DNA from: Chloroflexota bacterium
GTDB lineage: Bacteria > Chloroflexota > Limnocylindria > Limnocylindrales > CSP1-4
DNA: 43,133 nucleotides
Assembly: GCA_016200675.1 (NCBI GenBank)
Contig: JACQEH010000006.1
Span: forward strand, 1 to 43,133
Direction of reading: 5' to 3'
Made by a program: the position numbers and the translations under genes. Shown here piece by piece: positions 15,989-24,958 of the stretch (its first letter is position 1; every line of letters starts with the position of its first letter). The notes beneath the pieces are model-generated. The model ran no database searches, was not told the DNA's origin, and saw only the letters and a program-made list of their open reading frames with translations.

Positions 15989-17155
15989 ACGACCACCGCC
16001 TCGATCCCCAGCATCGCGGCCAGGTGCAGGAGCTGGGCGGTCCACCGACCCCGGGCGGCGCCCATGTGGTGGGTGGCGCCGGCCCGGAGCCAGGCGTCGC
16101 ACCAGTCGGCGATCTTCAGCGTGTCGTGGCGGAAGAGGGTCTGGGGCGCCGAGATCGCACGCGGCGGGAAGGGCAGCAGCTCGCCCTCGCTGATGACGAA
16201 GCGCCAGCGATTGCCGCCCACGGTCACGAGGGCCAGGTTGGTGATGGGTCCCGGCTCGTAGGCGAACTCGAAGCCGGCGCCGAAGCCGTGGACGCCCTTG
16301 TAGTAGATGGAGTGCTTGACCTTGACCGCACCCGGGGTCCCCATCGCCGGGTTGCCGTGGCCGTCGTGGGAGAACATCACCGCGTTCGTGTCGTAGTCGA
16401 CGACGTAGTTCTCGAGGGTCGTGGCCTGGCCGGCAAGCTCCTGCATGACCAGCTGTGCCACCGCGGTGTTCACGTCGCCCTCGGGCGAGGCCGGGATCCC
16501 GATCTCGCACAGGCGCCCGGTCCCGTAGCTGGGGATGATCCCGACCCGCGGATCCGTGAGCCAGACCTGGTCGAAGGCCGTGAACGCGTCGAACCGATGC
16601 TCCCGGACCACGGCCTCGAGGGCGAGGGCAAGGCGGCACGACCGCTCGAAGAGGGCGGGCTCCATCTCGACCGCATAGCGTGCCCGTTCGGCGGCCATGA
16701 GCCGGTCGACATCGGCCTGCGGGGTCTCGCCCATGCGGACGGCGACCTTCTCCGGCTCGAGGGGCCACGTCACCGGGCCGATGGACTCGCGCATCGAGAG
16801 GCCGTCGAACATGAGGTCCGTCATGCCCTCGAAGTGGTGGCCGACGAGGGCCACGCGGGCCTCCCGGAGCCGCCGCCGGACGGCCGCGGCCTGGATCACC
16901 TCGCGGACGCGGCGGCGTCCATCGGGGTCGTCGAAGGTGGAGGTCACGATCGCGAACTGGCGGCCCGTCCGGATGAGGACCGCGGTCAGCTCCGGCATGC
17001 CGGCCATGCCGGAGTTGAGCATGACGACATCGAAGCCGTCGTCCTCACCGAGGCGCCGCGGCGGCCGTCGCGGCCGGGCGCATGTGGGCGGTCTTGTTGT
17101 AGTCGTCCTCCAGCAGCGCCATCACCAGGACGCCGATCTTCGCCGTCGTTGTCAC
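15985..17155 (-). pseudogene. L-arabinose/L-fucose isomerase family sugar isomerase, interrupted near 17045-17060
   Basis: RBS (AAGGGAGAG) and GTG at 17155 give MTTTAKIGVLVMALLEDDYNK..., which stops after 36 aa at 17045. The rest (RRLGEDDGFDVVMLNSGMAGMPE..., EGD, TLENY, SHDGH, ATHH) is in another frame ending at 15985. Confidence 0.8.
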
Positions 17156-17207
17156 CTGCCGCTCTCCCTTGCTCCGTTCGCTGGTGTGCCTCGGTTGGTG
17201 TGCTCCG

Positions 17208-18731
17208 TCATCCCGGCCCCGCGGCCCGTTCGAACTCGGGGCGGAGTGCCTCGAACAGGCGGACGTAGCGGTGGTACGCGTCGTCGTAGGCCGGCCCGTT
17301 CGCGGGCCCGGGCTCGAATCGGTCACGGGTGGACACGAGCGCGGCTTCGGCTTCGGCCAGGTCTCGAAACGCACCAACGGCCACGCCCGCCAGCATGGCA
17401 TCGCCGCGGACCGCCGCGTCCTCGCCCTCGAGGGTCACGATCGGCAGGCCGCATACGTCCGCCTTGACCTGGTTCCACAGCCGGCTCCGCGCGCCGCCAC
17501 CATTGGAGCGGATCTCGGTCGCGGTCGCGCCAGCTTGGGCCAGGAGCTCGACGTTGCGACGGAGCATGAAGGCCACCGCTTCCAGGATCGCCAGGGCGAA
17601 GTGCCCGCGGGTGTGGGCGAGGGTGAAGCCCGCGAACACGCCGCGGGCGGCCGGCACGTACTCGGGACTGAAGGCACCGGCGAGGTGCGGCAGCATCGTC
17701 AGGCCCTCGCAGCCCGGCGGCACCGCCGCCGCGAACGCGGTGAGTCCCTCGTAGCTGCCGGATCCCCCCGGCCCGTGCGATTCGCCGGACCCGAGTTGGT
17801 CCCGGAACCAGGTGAGAGCCATCCCGCCGGTCGGACAGACCGGGCAATAAAGATAGGTGCCCGGGGCGGAGTGGACGTAGACCGGCGTCCGCCGCGTGGG
17901 ATCGCCGCCGTGGTGGTCGACGGCCGCCTGGATCGTGAGCGCTCCGCCGGTGCTCTCGGAGATCATCCCGCCGGCGATGTTGCCCACGCCCACCGCGCCG
18001 GCGCCCTGGTCCATGCCTCCCGCGACCACCGGCAGCCCGGCGCGGAGCCCGAGGGCCTCGGCCGCGTCGGCCTGGAGCGTGCCCACGATCGTGCCGGGCG
18101 CGGCGAGCTCGGGCAGCCGCTCCGGCCCCACGCCGACCGCCTCGAGCATCGGCGCCCACCAATCCCCCGAGCGGATGTCGAGGAGCATGGTCGTGCACTG
18201 GATCGAGCCGTCGGTCACGAAGCGGCCGGTCAGCCGGCGCAGCACGAAGTCCTCGGCCAGCACGAACCGGTGGGCGCTTCGGAACAGGTCCGGCTCGTGG
18301 CGTCGCCACCAGAGGAGCTTCGGGGCCGTCCACGTCGGGTTGACGTCGGGCACGCCGGTCCGGTCGTAGACGTCGGTGGTGCCGAACCGTTCCGCCAGCT
18401 CGCGGGCCTCGGCGGCAGCCCGGTTGTCGAGCCAGACGAGGGCCGGTGCGAGCGCCCGTCCCCGACCGTCGACGGCGGCGACGGTCTCACCCTGGCTGGA
18501 GACGCCGATCGCCGCGATCGCCGCTCGTTCGACGCCGGCTGTCGAGAGCAGCTCGCGGACGGCCGACAGCGCCGCGGTCCACCACGTCTCGGGGTCGATC
18601 TCGACGCGGTCGGGCACGGGATGGACCAGCCGGTACTCCCGCCCGGCCCCGGCGATCCGGCTGCCCGCGGCGTCGTAGAGGCCGGCCTTGACCGACGTCG
18701 TGCCGATGTCGAGGCCGAGGAGGAGCGTCAT
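17208..18731 (-). CDS. FGGY family carbohydrate kinase (xylulokinase-like)
   Basis: LLGLDIGTTSVKA, SSQGET, WLDNR, PKLLW, GGMDQ, LPHLAGA, ILEAVA, GGGARSRLWNQVKAD. Confidence 0.93.
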   Translation of the reverse strand: MTLLLGLDIGTTSVKAGLYDAAGSRIAGAGREYRLVHPVPDRVEIDPETWWTAALSAVRELLSTAGVERAAIAAIGVSSQGETVAAVDGRGRALAPALVWLDNRAAAEARELAERFGTTDVYDRTGVPDVNPTWTAPKLLWWRRHEPDLFRSAHRFVLAEDFVLRRLTGRFVTDGSIQCTTMLLDIRSGDWWAPMLEAVGVGPERLPELAAPGTIVGTLQADAAEALGLRAGLPVVAGGMDQGAGAVGVGNIAGGMISESTGGALTIQAAVDHHGGDPTRRTPVYVHSAPGTYLYCPVCPTGGMALTWFRDQLGSGESHGPGGSGSYEGLTAFAAAVPPGCEGLTMLPHLAGAFSPEYVPAARGVFAGFTLAHTRGHFALAILEAVAFMLRRNVELLAQAGATATEIRSNGGGARSRLWNQVKADVCGLPIVTLEGEDAAVRGDAMLAGVAVGAFRDLAEAEAALVSTRDRFEPGPANGPAYDDAYHRYVRLFEALRPEFERAAGPG

Positions 18732-18744
18732 GGCGCCGCCGGCG

Positions 18745-19560
18745 CTACGCGAGCCCGTGCGTGGCGGCCGCGGCCGCCGGATCGGCGCCTCGCTTGACGA
18801 CGTCCTGGAGGGCGGCCATGAAGCGCACCGGGTCCACCGCCCCGACGAGATTGCGGCCGAACACGACGCCGCGCGCGCCATCCCGGATGGCCGTCGCCGC
18901 GAGCTCGAGGGCATCGACCTCGTGCGGCAGCTTCTTCGCCCCCAGGGCGAGGACGGGCACGGGCGTGGAGCGAACGATCTCGGCGAAGCGTTCGCCCGTG
19001 TGGAACGTCTTGACGAGGTCGACGCCGAGCTCCGCGACGATCCGACAGCCGATCGAGATCACCTCGTGGCGCTCCTCGGGCGAGACGTCCTCGTGGCCGG
19101 CCGGGTAGACCTCGCCGACGATCGGGACGCCGGCTGATCGCGCCTCGTCCACGCAGCGAGCGACCATGGCCACGTTCTCGGCGTCCACGGCCTCCGAGCC
19201 GGTCTTGATGGACATCCCGACGAGGACGATGTCGGCCCCGAGAGTGATGGCGCCCGCCGCCGAGATCATGGGCACGCTCCGGCTCTCGCGATAGCCCCAC
19301 TGGGTGGCGTACTGGGTGCCCCAGTTGAGGCGGACGAGCATCGCCGGAGCGCCGCGGCGACTGAACGCCGACGCGAGGTGGGGTGCCATGCCGGGGCTGA
19401 GGAGGATCGCGTCGGCGCCGGTCAACAGGCCGATGACCGAGGAGAGGTCCTCGAAGCCGGGCCGTGGGCCGTTGTAGAGACCGTGGTCGATGGCGGCCAC
19501 GACCGCATTCGAGCCGCCGTCGAAGAGTCGTGCCAACCGGATCTGGCCGCCGGAACCCAC
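18745..19560 (-). CDS. Class I aldolase, DhnA/LsrF family
   Basis: AAIDHG, GEVYP, ELGVDLVKT (Schiff-base Lys), LALGAKK, GVVFGRNL. GGAGG RBS before GTG 19560. Confidence 0.9.
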   Translation of the reverse strand: MGSGGQIRLARLFDGGSNAVVAAIDHGLYNGPRPGFEDLSSVIGLLTGADAILLSPGMAPHLASAFSRRGAPAMLVRLNWGTQYATQWGYRESRSVPMISAAGAITLGADIVLVGMSIKTGSEAVDAENVAMVARCVDEARSAGVPIVGEVYPAGHEDVSPEERHEVISIGCRIVAELGVDLVKTFHTGERFAEIVRSTPVPVLALGAKKLPHEVDALELAATAIRDGARGVVFGRNLVGAVDPVRFMAALQDVVKRGADPAAAAATHGLA

Positions 19561-19643
19561 GGGATCGCCTCCAGGTCGATGGCCCCGCGGCGGTCCGATG
19601 GGCCGGCCGGCGACGCCGGGAAGGTGTTCGGATTGATGCTCAT

Positions 19644-19671
19644 ATGCTATGCGGAACGTGCCGAGTGTCAA
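19644..19671 (-). promoter_or_regulatory. Sigma70-type promoter of the leftward catabolic operon, TTGACA-N16-TAGCAT
   Basis: Perfect -35 (tgtcaa on the + strand, 19666-19671) and a TAnnnT -10 (19644-19649) in an AT-richer divergent intergenic region. Confidence 0.65.
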
Positions 19672-19684
19672 GGCACACGCGTTT

Positions 19685-19700
19685 GTATCGACCTCGATAC
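19685..19700. promoter_or_regulatory. Inverted repeat GTATCGA-CC-TCGATAC, candidate operator
   Basis: Perfect 7-bp inverted repeat between the divergent sugar operons, next to the -35 box. Confidence 0.45.
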
Positions 19701-19911
19701 TGCATGTTTCGCGCATGAGCCACCACATTCGTGCAGGAACCATCTTGCGATCGGTCGTCGAATCGGCGTACGATCCTGCAGATGCCGCTCCCCGTGGGGG
19801 CGGCGTGCTGGCGACCCGCTCGCGGGTCCGCTCGAGTGCAGCGCCCAAGGCCGGACGCTCGGGCGCCAGGAGGCCCGCGGCAGGATGCACGCCGGAAAGG
19901 AGACAGGGACT

Positions 19912-21261
19912 TTGAACCGAAAGTTGCTTGCGTTCGCAGCGACCCTGGCGATCGTGGGGGCTGCCTGCGGCAGCGCGTCGTCGCCGTCACCGGCCGCCAC
20001 GGCCGCCGGTTCGCAGCCCGTGACGAGCGCCAGTCCCACCACGGCCGCGCCCGTGACGCTGACCCTCTGGCACAACTACGGGACCGAGGCCAACGCCAAG
20101 GTCACCGACGCGTTGGTCAAGGCCTACACGACCGCGAACCCCAACGTCACGATCAACGTCGTCAGCCAGCCGGCCGACAACTACTTCGCGCTCCTCAAGA
20201 CGGCGGCGATCGCGGGCTCGGGCCCGGACCTGATGACGATGTGGACGGGCCTCTTCGCCCTCCAGAACCAGGGCTACCTGGAGCCGCTCAACTCCTATAT
20301 CCCGACCGCCACGCTCAAGAAGTTCACCGGCATCGACTGGTGCTCGAAGGGCCTGTCGCTCGACCAGGGCGCCATCTGCGTGACGCTCGACATGCAGCAC
20401 TACAACGGCTTCTACAACAAGGACCTCTTCGCCCAGGCCGGGATCACGACGTTCCCGACGAACTGGGACGAGTTCATGGCGGCCAGCGCGAAGCTCAAGG
20501 CCAAGGGCATCCTGCCGCTGGCCTACGGCACGGGCGGCCAGGCGCTCAACGCCGGCTTCTACCCCTACTACGACCTCAGCTACCTGATGATGTACCTGCC
20601 GGTCGCAGACTGGCAGAAGCTCTACAGCGGCAAGCTGCCCTGGACGGATCCGGCGATCGTGGCCCAGCTGAAGAAGTGGGGCTCCCTCAAGACGCAGGGG
20701 TACACCAACTCGGACGTCCTGACCAACACAGATTCGGTCGCCCAGTTCGAGGCCGGCAAGGCCGCCATGACCCTCGAGGGCTCGTGGGACTTCAAGGAAT
20801 TCCACGACAAGATGGGCGACAAGGTGGGCGTCTTCGTCCCGCCCTTCACCGACACCCAGGCCAAGGGCGTCGTCGAGTTCCCCGGCGACGGCTTCGGCGT
20901 GACGAGCTACTCCAAGCACAAGGCGGACGCCGCCGCGTTCCTGGCCTGGCTCGTGACCCCCGACGCCCAGAAGATCATCGCCGACGGCGGCCTGATCCCG
21001 GTCGTCGCCGGGCAGGCGGCGTCCGAGCCACTCGCCAACGCGATGCTCGACTTCGCGGCCAAGCAGGGCTACACCCGCTACCCGATGATCGACAACGTCC
21101 TCCAGCCCGAGGTCACCGACGTGGCGACCAAGGTCCTCAACGCCATCCTCGCCGGGACGATGAGCGCCGAGGATGCGACCAAGGCCATGGCCAACGCGCT
21201 GAGCCAGTTGCCCGCCGATCGGCGCGGCGACACGTACACGGCACCTGCCGCGGGCGGGTGA
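19912..21261 (+). CDS. Sugar ABC transporter substrate-binding lipoprotein (CUT1)
   Basis: TTG start after AAGGAG. Lipobox VGAAC, VTLTLWH, GSGPDL, FYNKDLF, PTNWDEF, FEAGKAAM. Confidence 0.93.
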   Translation: MNRKLLAFAATLAIVGAACGSASSPSPAATAAGSQPVTSASPTTAAPVTLTLWHNYGTEANAKVTDALVKAYTTANPNVTINVVSQPADNYFALLKTAAIAGSGPDLMTMWTGLFALQNQGYLEPLNSYIPTATLKKFTGIDWCSKGLSLDQGAICVTLDMQHYNGFYNKDLFAQAGITTFPTNWDEFMAASAKLKAKGILPLAYGTGGQALNAGFYPYYDLSYLMMYLPVADWQKLYSGKLPWTDPAIVAQLKKWGSLKTQGYTNSDVLTNTDSVAQFEAGKAAMTLEGSWDFKEFHDKMGDKVGVFVPPFTDTQAKGVVEFPGDGFGVTSYSKHKADAAAFLAWLVTPDAQKIIADGGLIPVVAGQAASEPLANAMLDFAAKQGYTRYPMIDNVLQPEVTDVATKVLNAILAGTMSAEDATKAMANALSQLPADRRGDTYTAPAAGG

Positions 21262-21270
21262 TCGACTTCG

Positions 21271-21299
21271 GTCGGCGGCGGACCACGTCCGCCGCCGAC
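21271..21299 (+). other. Intercistronic stem-loop (mRNA stabiliser or partial terminator) after the binding-protein gene
   Basis: GTCGGCGGCGGAC-cac-GTCCGCCGCCGAC, a perfect 13-bp stem. Confidence 0.75.
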
Positions 21300-21313
21300 A
21301 TCCGGGCGACCTC

Positions 21314-22252
21314 ATGACCACCTCGTCGCCGCTTGCCGGCGCCCCGGCAACCGCGCTGCCGGGGCGATCACGGCCGCGCCCGGGCCGGCTCCGGGCCGGG
21401 CAGCGGCGGGCGGGCCTTGCCTTCGCCCTGCCCGTGATCGTCCTCGAAGTGCTCTTCCTCCTGATCCCGATCGCCCAGGCGGCCTACTTCAGCTTCACCC
21501 GCTGGGACGGCATCACTGCCAGCTGGATCGGGCCGGCCAACTACCAGCGCCTCTTCGGCGACCCGACCTTCTGGCGGGTCATGGCCAACAACCTCCTCCT
21601 CCTGGCCTCCGTGCCGCTGGCGATCCTGATCCCGCTCCTGGTCGCCTACCTCCTCAACGAGCACGTCCCGGGCTGGCGCTTCTTCCGGTCCGCCTACTTC
21701 CTGCCGACCGCCATCTCGTGGGTCGTCATCGGCATGGTCGCCCTTCGCGTCTTCGCCCGCGAGGGCCTCCTCAACCACCTGCTCGACGCGGTCGGGCTGG
21801 GGTTCATCCATACGGACATGCTGGCCGGAGAGCTGTCGGCGATGGAAGCCGTGGCCATCACCTTCATCTGGTCCGTCTTCGGCACCAACACGATCATCTT
21901 CATCACCGGCATGGCGACCCTCGACCGGGAGGTCTACGAGGCCGCCCGCGTCGATGGCGCGGGGGCCTTCACGACGTTCGTGAAGATCACCATCCCGATG
22001 CTGATGCGCTTCATCCAGTTCGCCTTCATCCTGACCCTCATCACGGCCTTCACGGCCCTCTTCAGCCTGATCTTCGTGATGACCGGGGGCGGGCCCGGGT
22101 ACGGCACGACGACCCTCGAGTTCTACGTCTACCAGCAGGGCTTCCAGGTCGGCGTGTTCGGCTATGCGGCGGCGATCGGGATCGTCCTCTTTGCGATCGT
22201 CTTCGCCATCAGCCTCGCCCAGCTGCGGATCTTCCGCAGCCGGCTCGACTAG
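21314..22252 (+). CDS. Sugar ABC transporter permease
   Basis: Multiple TM helices; EAA loop YEAARVDGAG; MTGGGP. Confidence 0.93.
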   Translation: MTTSSPLAGAPATALPGRSRPRPGRLRAGQRRAGLAFALPVIVLEVLFLLIPIAQAAYFSFTRWDGITASWIGPANYQRLFGDPTFWRVMANNLLLLASVPLAILIPLLVAYLLNEHVPGWRFFRSAYFLPTAISWVVIGMVALRVFAREGLLNHLLDAVGLGFIHTDMLAGELSAMEAVAITFIWSVFGTNTIIFITGMATLDREVYEAARVDGAGAFTTFVKITIPMLMRFIQFAFILTLITAFTALFSLIFVMTGGGPGYGTTTLEFYVYQQGFQVGVFGYAAAIGIVLFAIVFAISLAQLRIFRSRLD

Positions 22253-22261
22253 GGCCGGGCG

Positions 22262-23080
22262 ATGGGCATCGCCCGGCGACGGGTCGGCCGCGGCCTCATC
22301 TTCCTGGTCCTATGCCTGGTCGTCGTGATCATGCTGTTCCCGTTCCTGTTCATGGTCCTCACGGCCTTCCGGTCCCGGGACCAGTACCTGACCGGACAGG
22401 GCTTCTCGCTCGACAGCTGGCGCGAGCTGTTCAAGTTCCTGCCGGTCGTGCAGGAGCTGATCAACTCCGCGGTCGTGACCGGCGGTGCGGTCCTCCTGAT
22501 CATCGCCGTCAGCACCACCGGGGGGTTCGCCTTCGCGAAGCTCGGCTTCCGCGGCTCCGGCTTCGTCTTCCTCGGGATCCTGGCCGGAATGATGATCCCG
22601 ATGCAGTCGATCATCATCCCCGAGTTCGTGAACATCGCCCGGGTCCTCCACCTCAACAACCAGTACCTCGGGGCGATCCTCGTCTACGCCGCGCTCGGGG
22701 CACCGTTCGCGACCTACCTCATGACGACCTACTACCGGGGCGTCCCAACGGAGCTCGTGGAGGCCTCGGTGATGGACGGGGCGTCCTACTGGCAGGTCTT
22801 CCGGAAGGTGATGCTGCCCCTCAGCATCCCGGCCATCACGACGGTCGCGGTGCTCCAGTTCATCCAGGTCTGGGACGATCTGCTGGTGGGCCTCCTCTTC
22901 CTCAACGAGCCGCACGTCCGGACGATCACCGTGGGGCTGGCCGTGATCCAGACCGGCCGCGTGGTCAACGTCCCGGCGCTCATGGCCGGTTCCCTGCTGT
23001 CCGCACTGCCGGCGATCCTCGTCTACCTGATCTTCCAGCGGAACCTCATCCAGGGGCTGACGATGGGCGTCAACAAGTGA
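22262..23080 (+). CDS. Sugar ABC transporter permease
   Basis: TM helices; ELVEASVMDGAS; QFIQVWDDLL. Confidence 0.93.
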   Translation: MGIARRRVGRGLIFLVLCLVVVIMLFPFLFMVLTAFRSRDQYLTGQGFSLDSWRELFKFLPVVQELINSAVVTGGAVLLIIAVSTTGGFAFAKLGFRGSGFVFLGILAGMMIPMQSIIIPEFVNIARVLHLNNQYLGAILVYAALGAPFATYLMTTYYRGVPTELVEASVMDGASYWQVFRKVMLPLSIPAITTVAVLQFIQVWDDLLVGLLFLNEPHVRTITVGLAVIQTGRVVNVPALMAGSLLSALPAILVYLIFQRNLIQGLTMGVNK

Positions 23081-23889
23081 GCCTCGCGATGGGCGTCGGG
23101 ACGGCGGCGTGGGGCCTGCCCGCGCACGAGCGGCGTGAGCAGATCGCCCGTCTGGTCGAGGAGGCCCAGCGCGTCAGCGTGGCCGACCTGACGGCCCGCT
23201 TCGGGGTCACCGATGCCTCGATCCGGCGCGACCTGATCCTGCTCGAGGCGGCCGCCAGGCTGCGACGGGTCCACGGAGGCGCGGTGAGCCACGGGGCCAG
23301 ACTGGCGGCCGGCGCCTACTCGACCAAGCTCCGGATCAACCGGGAGGAGAAGACCCGGATCGGCCTGGCGGCCGCCCGCCTCGTCCAGCCGGGCGAGGTG
23401 GTCCTGTTCGACTCCGGCACCACGGTCGCCCAGGTCGCGGCCCAGATGCCGGCCGTCCTGCGGGCCCCGAACGCGATCACGGCCGTGACCTACTCGCTGC
23501 CCGTCATCGACGAGATCGGGGGCTGGGAGGCCCCCCACCTCGTGGTGGTGGGCGGCCTCTACCTGCCCGAGTACCGGGCCTTCGTCGGCCCCCAGGCGAT
23601 CGACGGCCTGCGGGATCTGACCGCGGACGTGATCTTCCTGGGCTGCGACGGGCTGACCGTCGAATCGGGCCTGACGACCCCCCACGTGCTCGTCGCCGAG
23701 GTCGGCGCCGCCGCCACGTCCCGCTCGCGGCGTGTCGTTGCGGTCGCCGACTCGTCCAAGATCGGGCGCCAGGGGTTCAAGCCCATCGTCGCCCTGTCCG
23801 ACGTGCACGTGCTGATCACCGATACCGCGGCGGATCCAGGCCGTGTCGCCGAGATCCGGGCGGCCGGCGTCGAGGTCGTCCTCGCGTGA
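23077..23889 (+). CDS. DeoR/GlpR family transcriptional regulator
   Basis: HTH FGVTDASIRRDL..LE...RRVHGGA; EKTRIG, FDSGTT, ADSSKIG. Start is GTG 23077 (overlapping the upstream stop) or ATG 23089. Confidence 0.92.
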   Translation: MSLAMGVGTAAWGLPAHERREQIARLVEEAQRVSVADLTARFGVTDASIRRDLILLEAAARLRRVHGGAVSHGARLAAGAYSTKLRINREEKTRIGLAAARLVQPGEVVLFDSGTTVAQVAAQMPAVLRAPNAITAVTYSLPVIDEIGGWEAPHLVVVGGLYLPEYRAFVGPQAIDGLRDLTADVIFLGCDGLTVESGLTTPHVLVAEVGAAATSRSRRVVAVADSSKIGRQGFKPIVALSDVHVLITDTAADPGRVAEIRAAGVEVVLA

Positions 23890-23896
23890 GGGCGCC

Positions 23897-24904
23897 GTGA
23901 ACGCCGTCCGGGCGTTCGCCACGACCTGGCGCGGCCTGGATGCGCTGGCCCTCGAGAATGCGAGGCTGCGGGTCACGGTGGTGCCATCGATGGGCGGCCA
24001 CGTCGCCGAGTTCGTCGACCGCGCCGCGGATCGCGACCTCCTGTGGCACAACCCCCGATCCACGCCCCGGCCGGCACCGTATGGCGCCCACTTCGACGAC
24101 TGGTGGTCGGGCGGCCTTGACGAGATCTTCCCGAGCGGTGACGCCGGCCGGCTCCACGGCGAGCCGCTCCCGAACATGGGCGAGCTGTGGTGCGTGCCGT
24201 GGGAGGCTGCGCCGATCGCTTCTGTGGACGGCCGCGAGGCGTCGATCCTCGGCGTGGCGTTCGGGACCGTCGCGGCAGCCCGGTTCGAACGGCGATTGAC
24301 GCTCGGCGCCGACACGCCGGTCCTGCGGGCCCACTATCGGATCGAGAACCTCGACGTCCGGCCCCTGCCGTTCACCTGGGGAATCCATCCGGCCTTCGCG
24401 GTCGGTCCGGCGCATCGACTCGATCATCCGGGCACTCGGATGCTGGTGGGGACATCATCGTCCCCCGAACTCGGCAGCGAGGGCCTCGCCTACGACTGGC
24501 CGTTGATGCCGGATCCCACGCTCCCGGGCGGGCGCGATGTCTCGGCCGTCCGTGGCCGTGACGCCGCCGTGTTCGGCGGCCACTGGGTGACCGACCTCGC
24601 CGAGGGCTGGCTGGCGCTGACGGACACCTCCACGCGTCGGGGTGTGGCGATCGCTTTCGACCGGGAGATCTTCCCGGTCGCCTGGCTGTGGCAGGTCTAC
24701 GGCGGCTGGCGGGGTCACCAGCACGTGGCCCCCGAGCCCTGGACCAGCCTGCCCATGGACCTCGACGGCGCGATCGCCGCCGGCCGGGCTCGCAGCCTGG
24801 CGCCCGGCGAGATCCTGGAGACCGAGGTCGCCTTCGCCCTCCATGCCGGCCTCAGACGCGTGACACGGGTCGAGCGGACGGCCGAGTCGATCGTCGTCGG
24901 CTGA
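23897..24904 (+). CDS. Galactose mutarotase / aldose 1-epimerase superfamily protein
   Basis: LENARLRVTVVP..GG, GGLDEIFP, GELW, WGIHPAF, EPW. Confidence 0.82.
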   Translation: MNAVRAFATTWRGLDALALENARLRVTVVPSMGGHVAEFVDRAADRDLLWHNPRSTPRPAPYGAHFDDWWSGGLDEIFPSGDAGRLHGEPLPNMGELWCVPWEAAPIASVDGREASILGVAFGTVAAARFERRLTLGADTPVLRAHYRIENLDVRPLPFTWGIHPAFAVGPAHRLDHPGTRMLVGTSSSPELGSEGLAYDWPLMPDPTLPGGRDVSAVRGRDAAVFGGHWVTDLAEGWLALTDTSTRRGVAIAFDREIFPVAWLWQVYGGWRGHQHVAPEPWTSLPMDLDGAIAAGRARSLAPGEILETEVAFALHAGLRRVTRVERTAESIVVG

Positions 24905-24958
24905 AGCCATGCCGGCGAGGTGCAGGCATCGCACCTCTCCAACGCGAGGGATCCGTCC

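Noticed and set aside
15989-16768. N-terminal extension of TIM to 502 aa
   Set aside because: An Arg/Gly/Pro-rich alternate frame of the isomerase gene. The upstream extensions given for the SBP, DeoR, aldolase, pyrB and cyclase ORFs are likewise spurious.
17040-17065. Selenocysteine readthrough or programmed frameshift in the isomerase
   Set aside because: The downstream part is in a different frame from the TGA, there is no slippery sequence, and protein sequence appears to be missing at the junction.
19912-23080. Sugar ABC transporter lacking an ATPase gene
   Set aside because: CUT1 systems commonly share a MsiK/MsmX-type ATPase encoded elsewhere.
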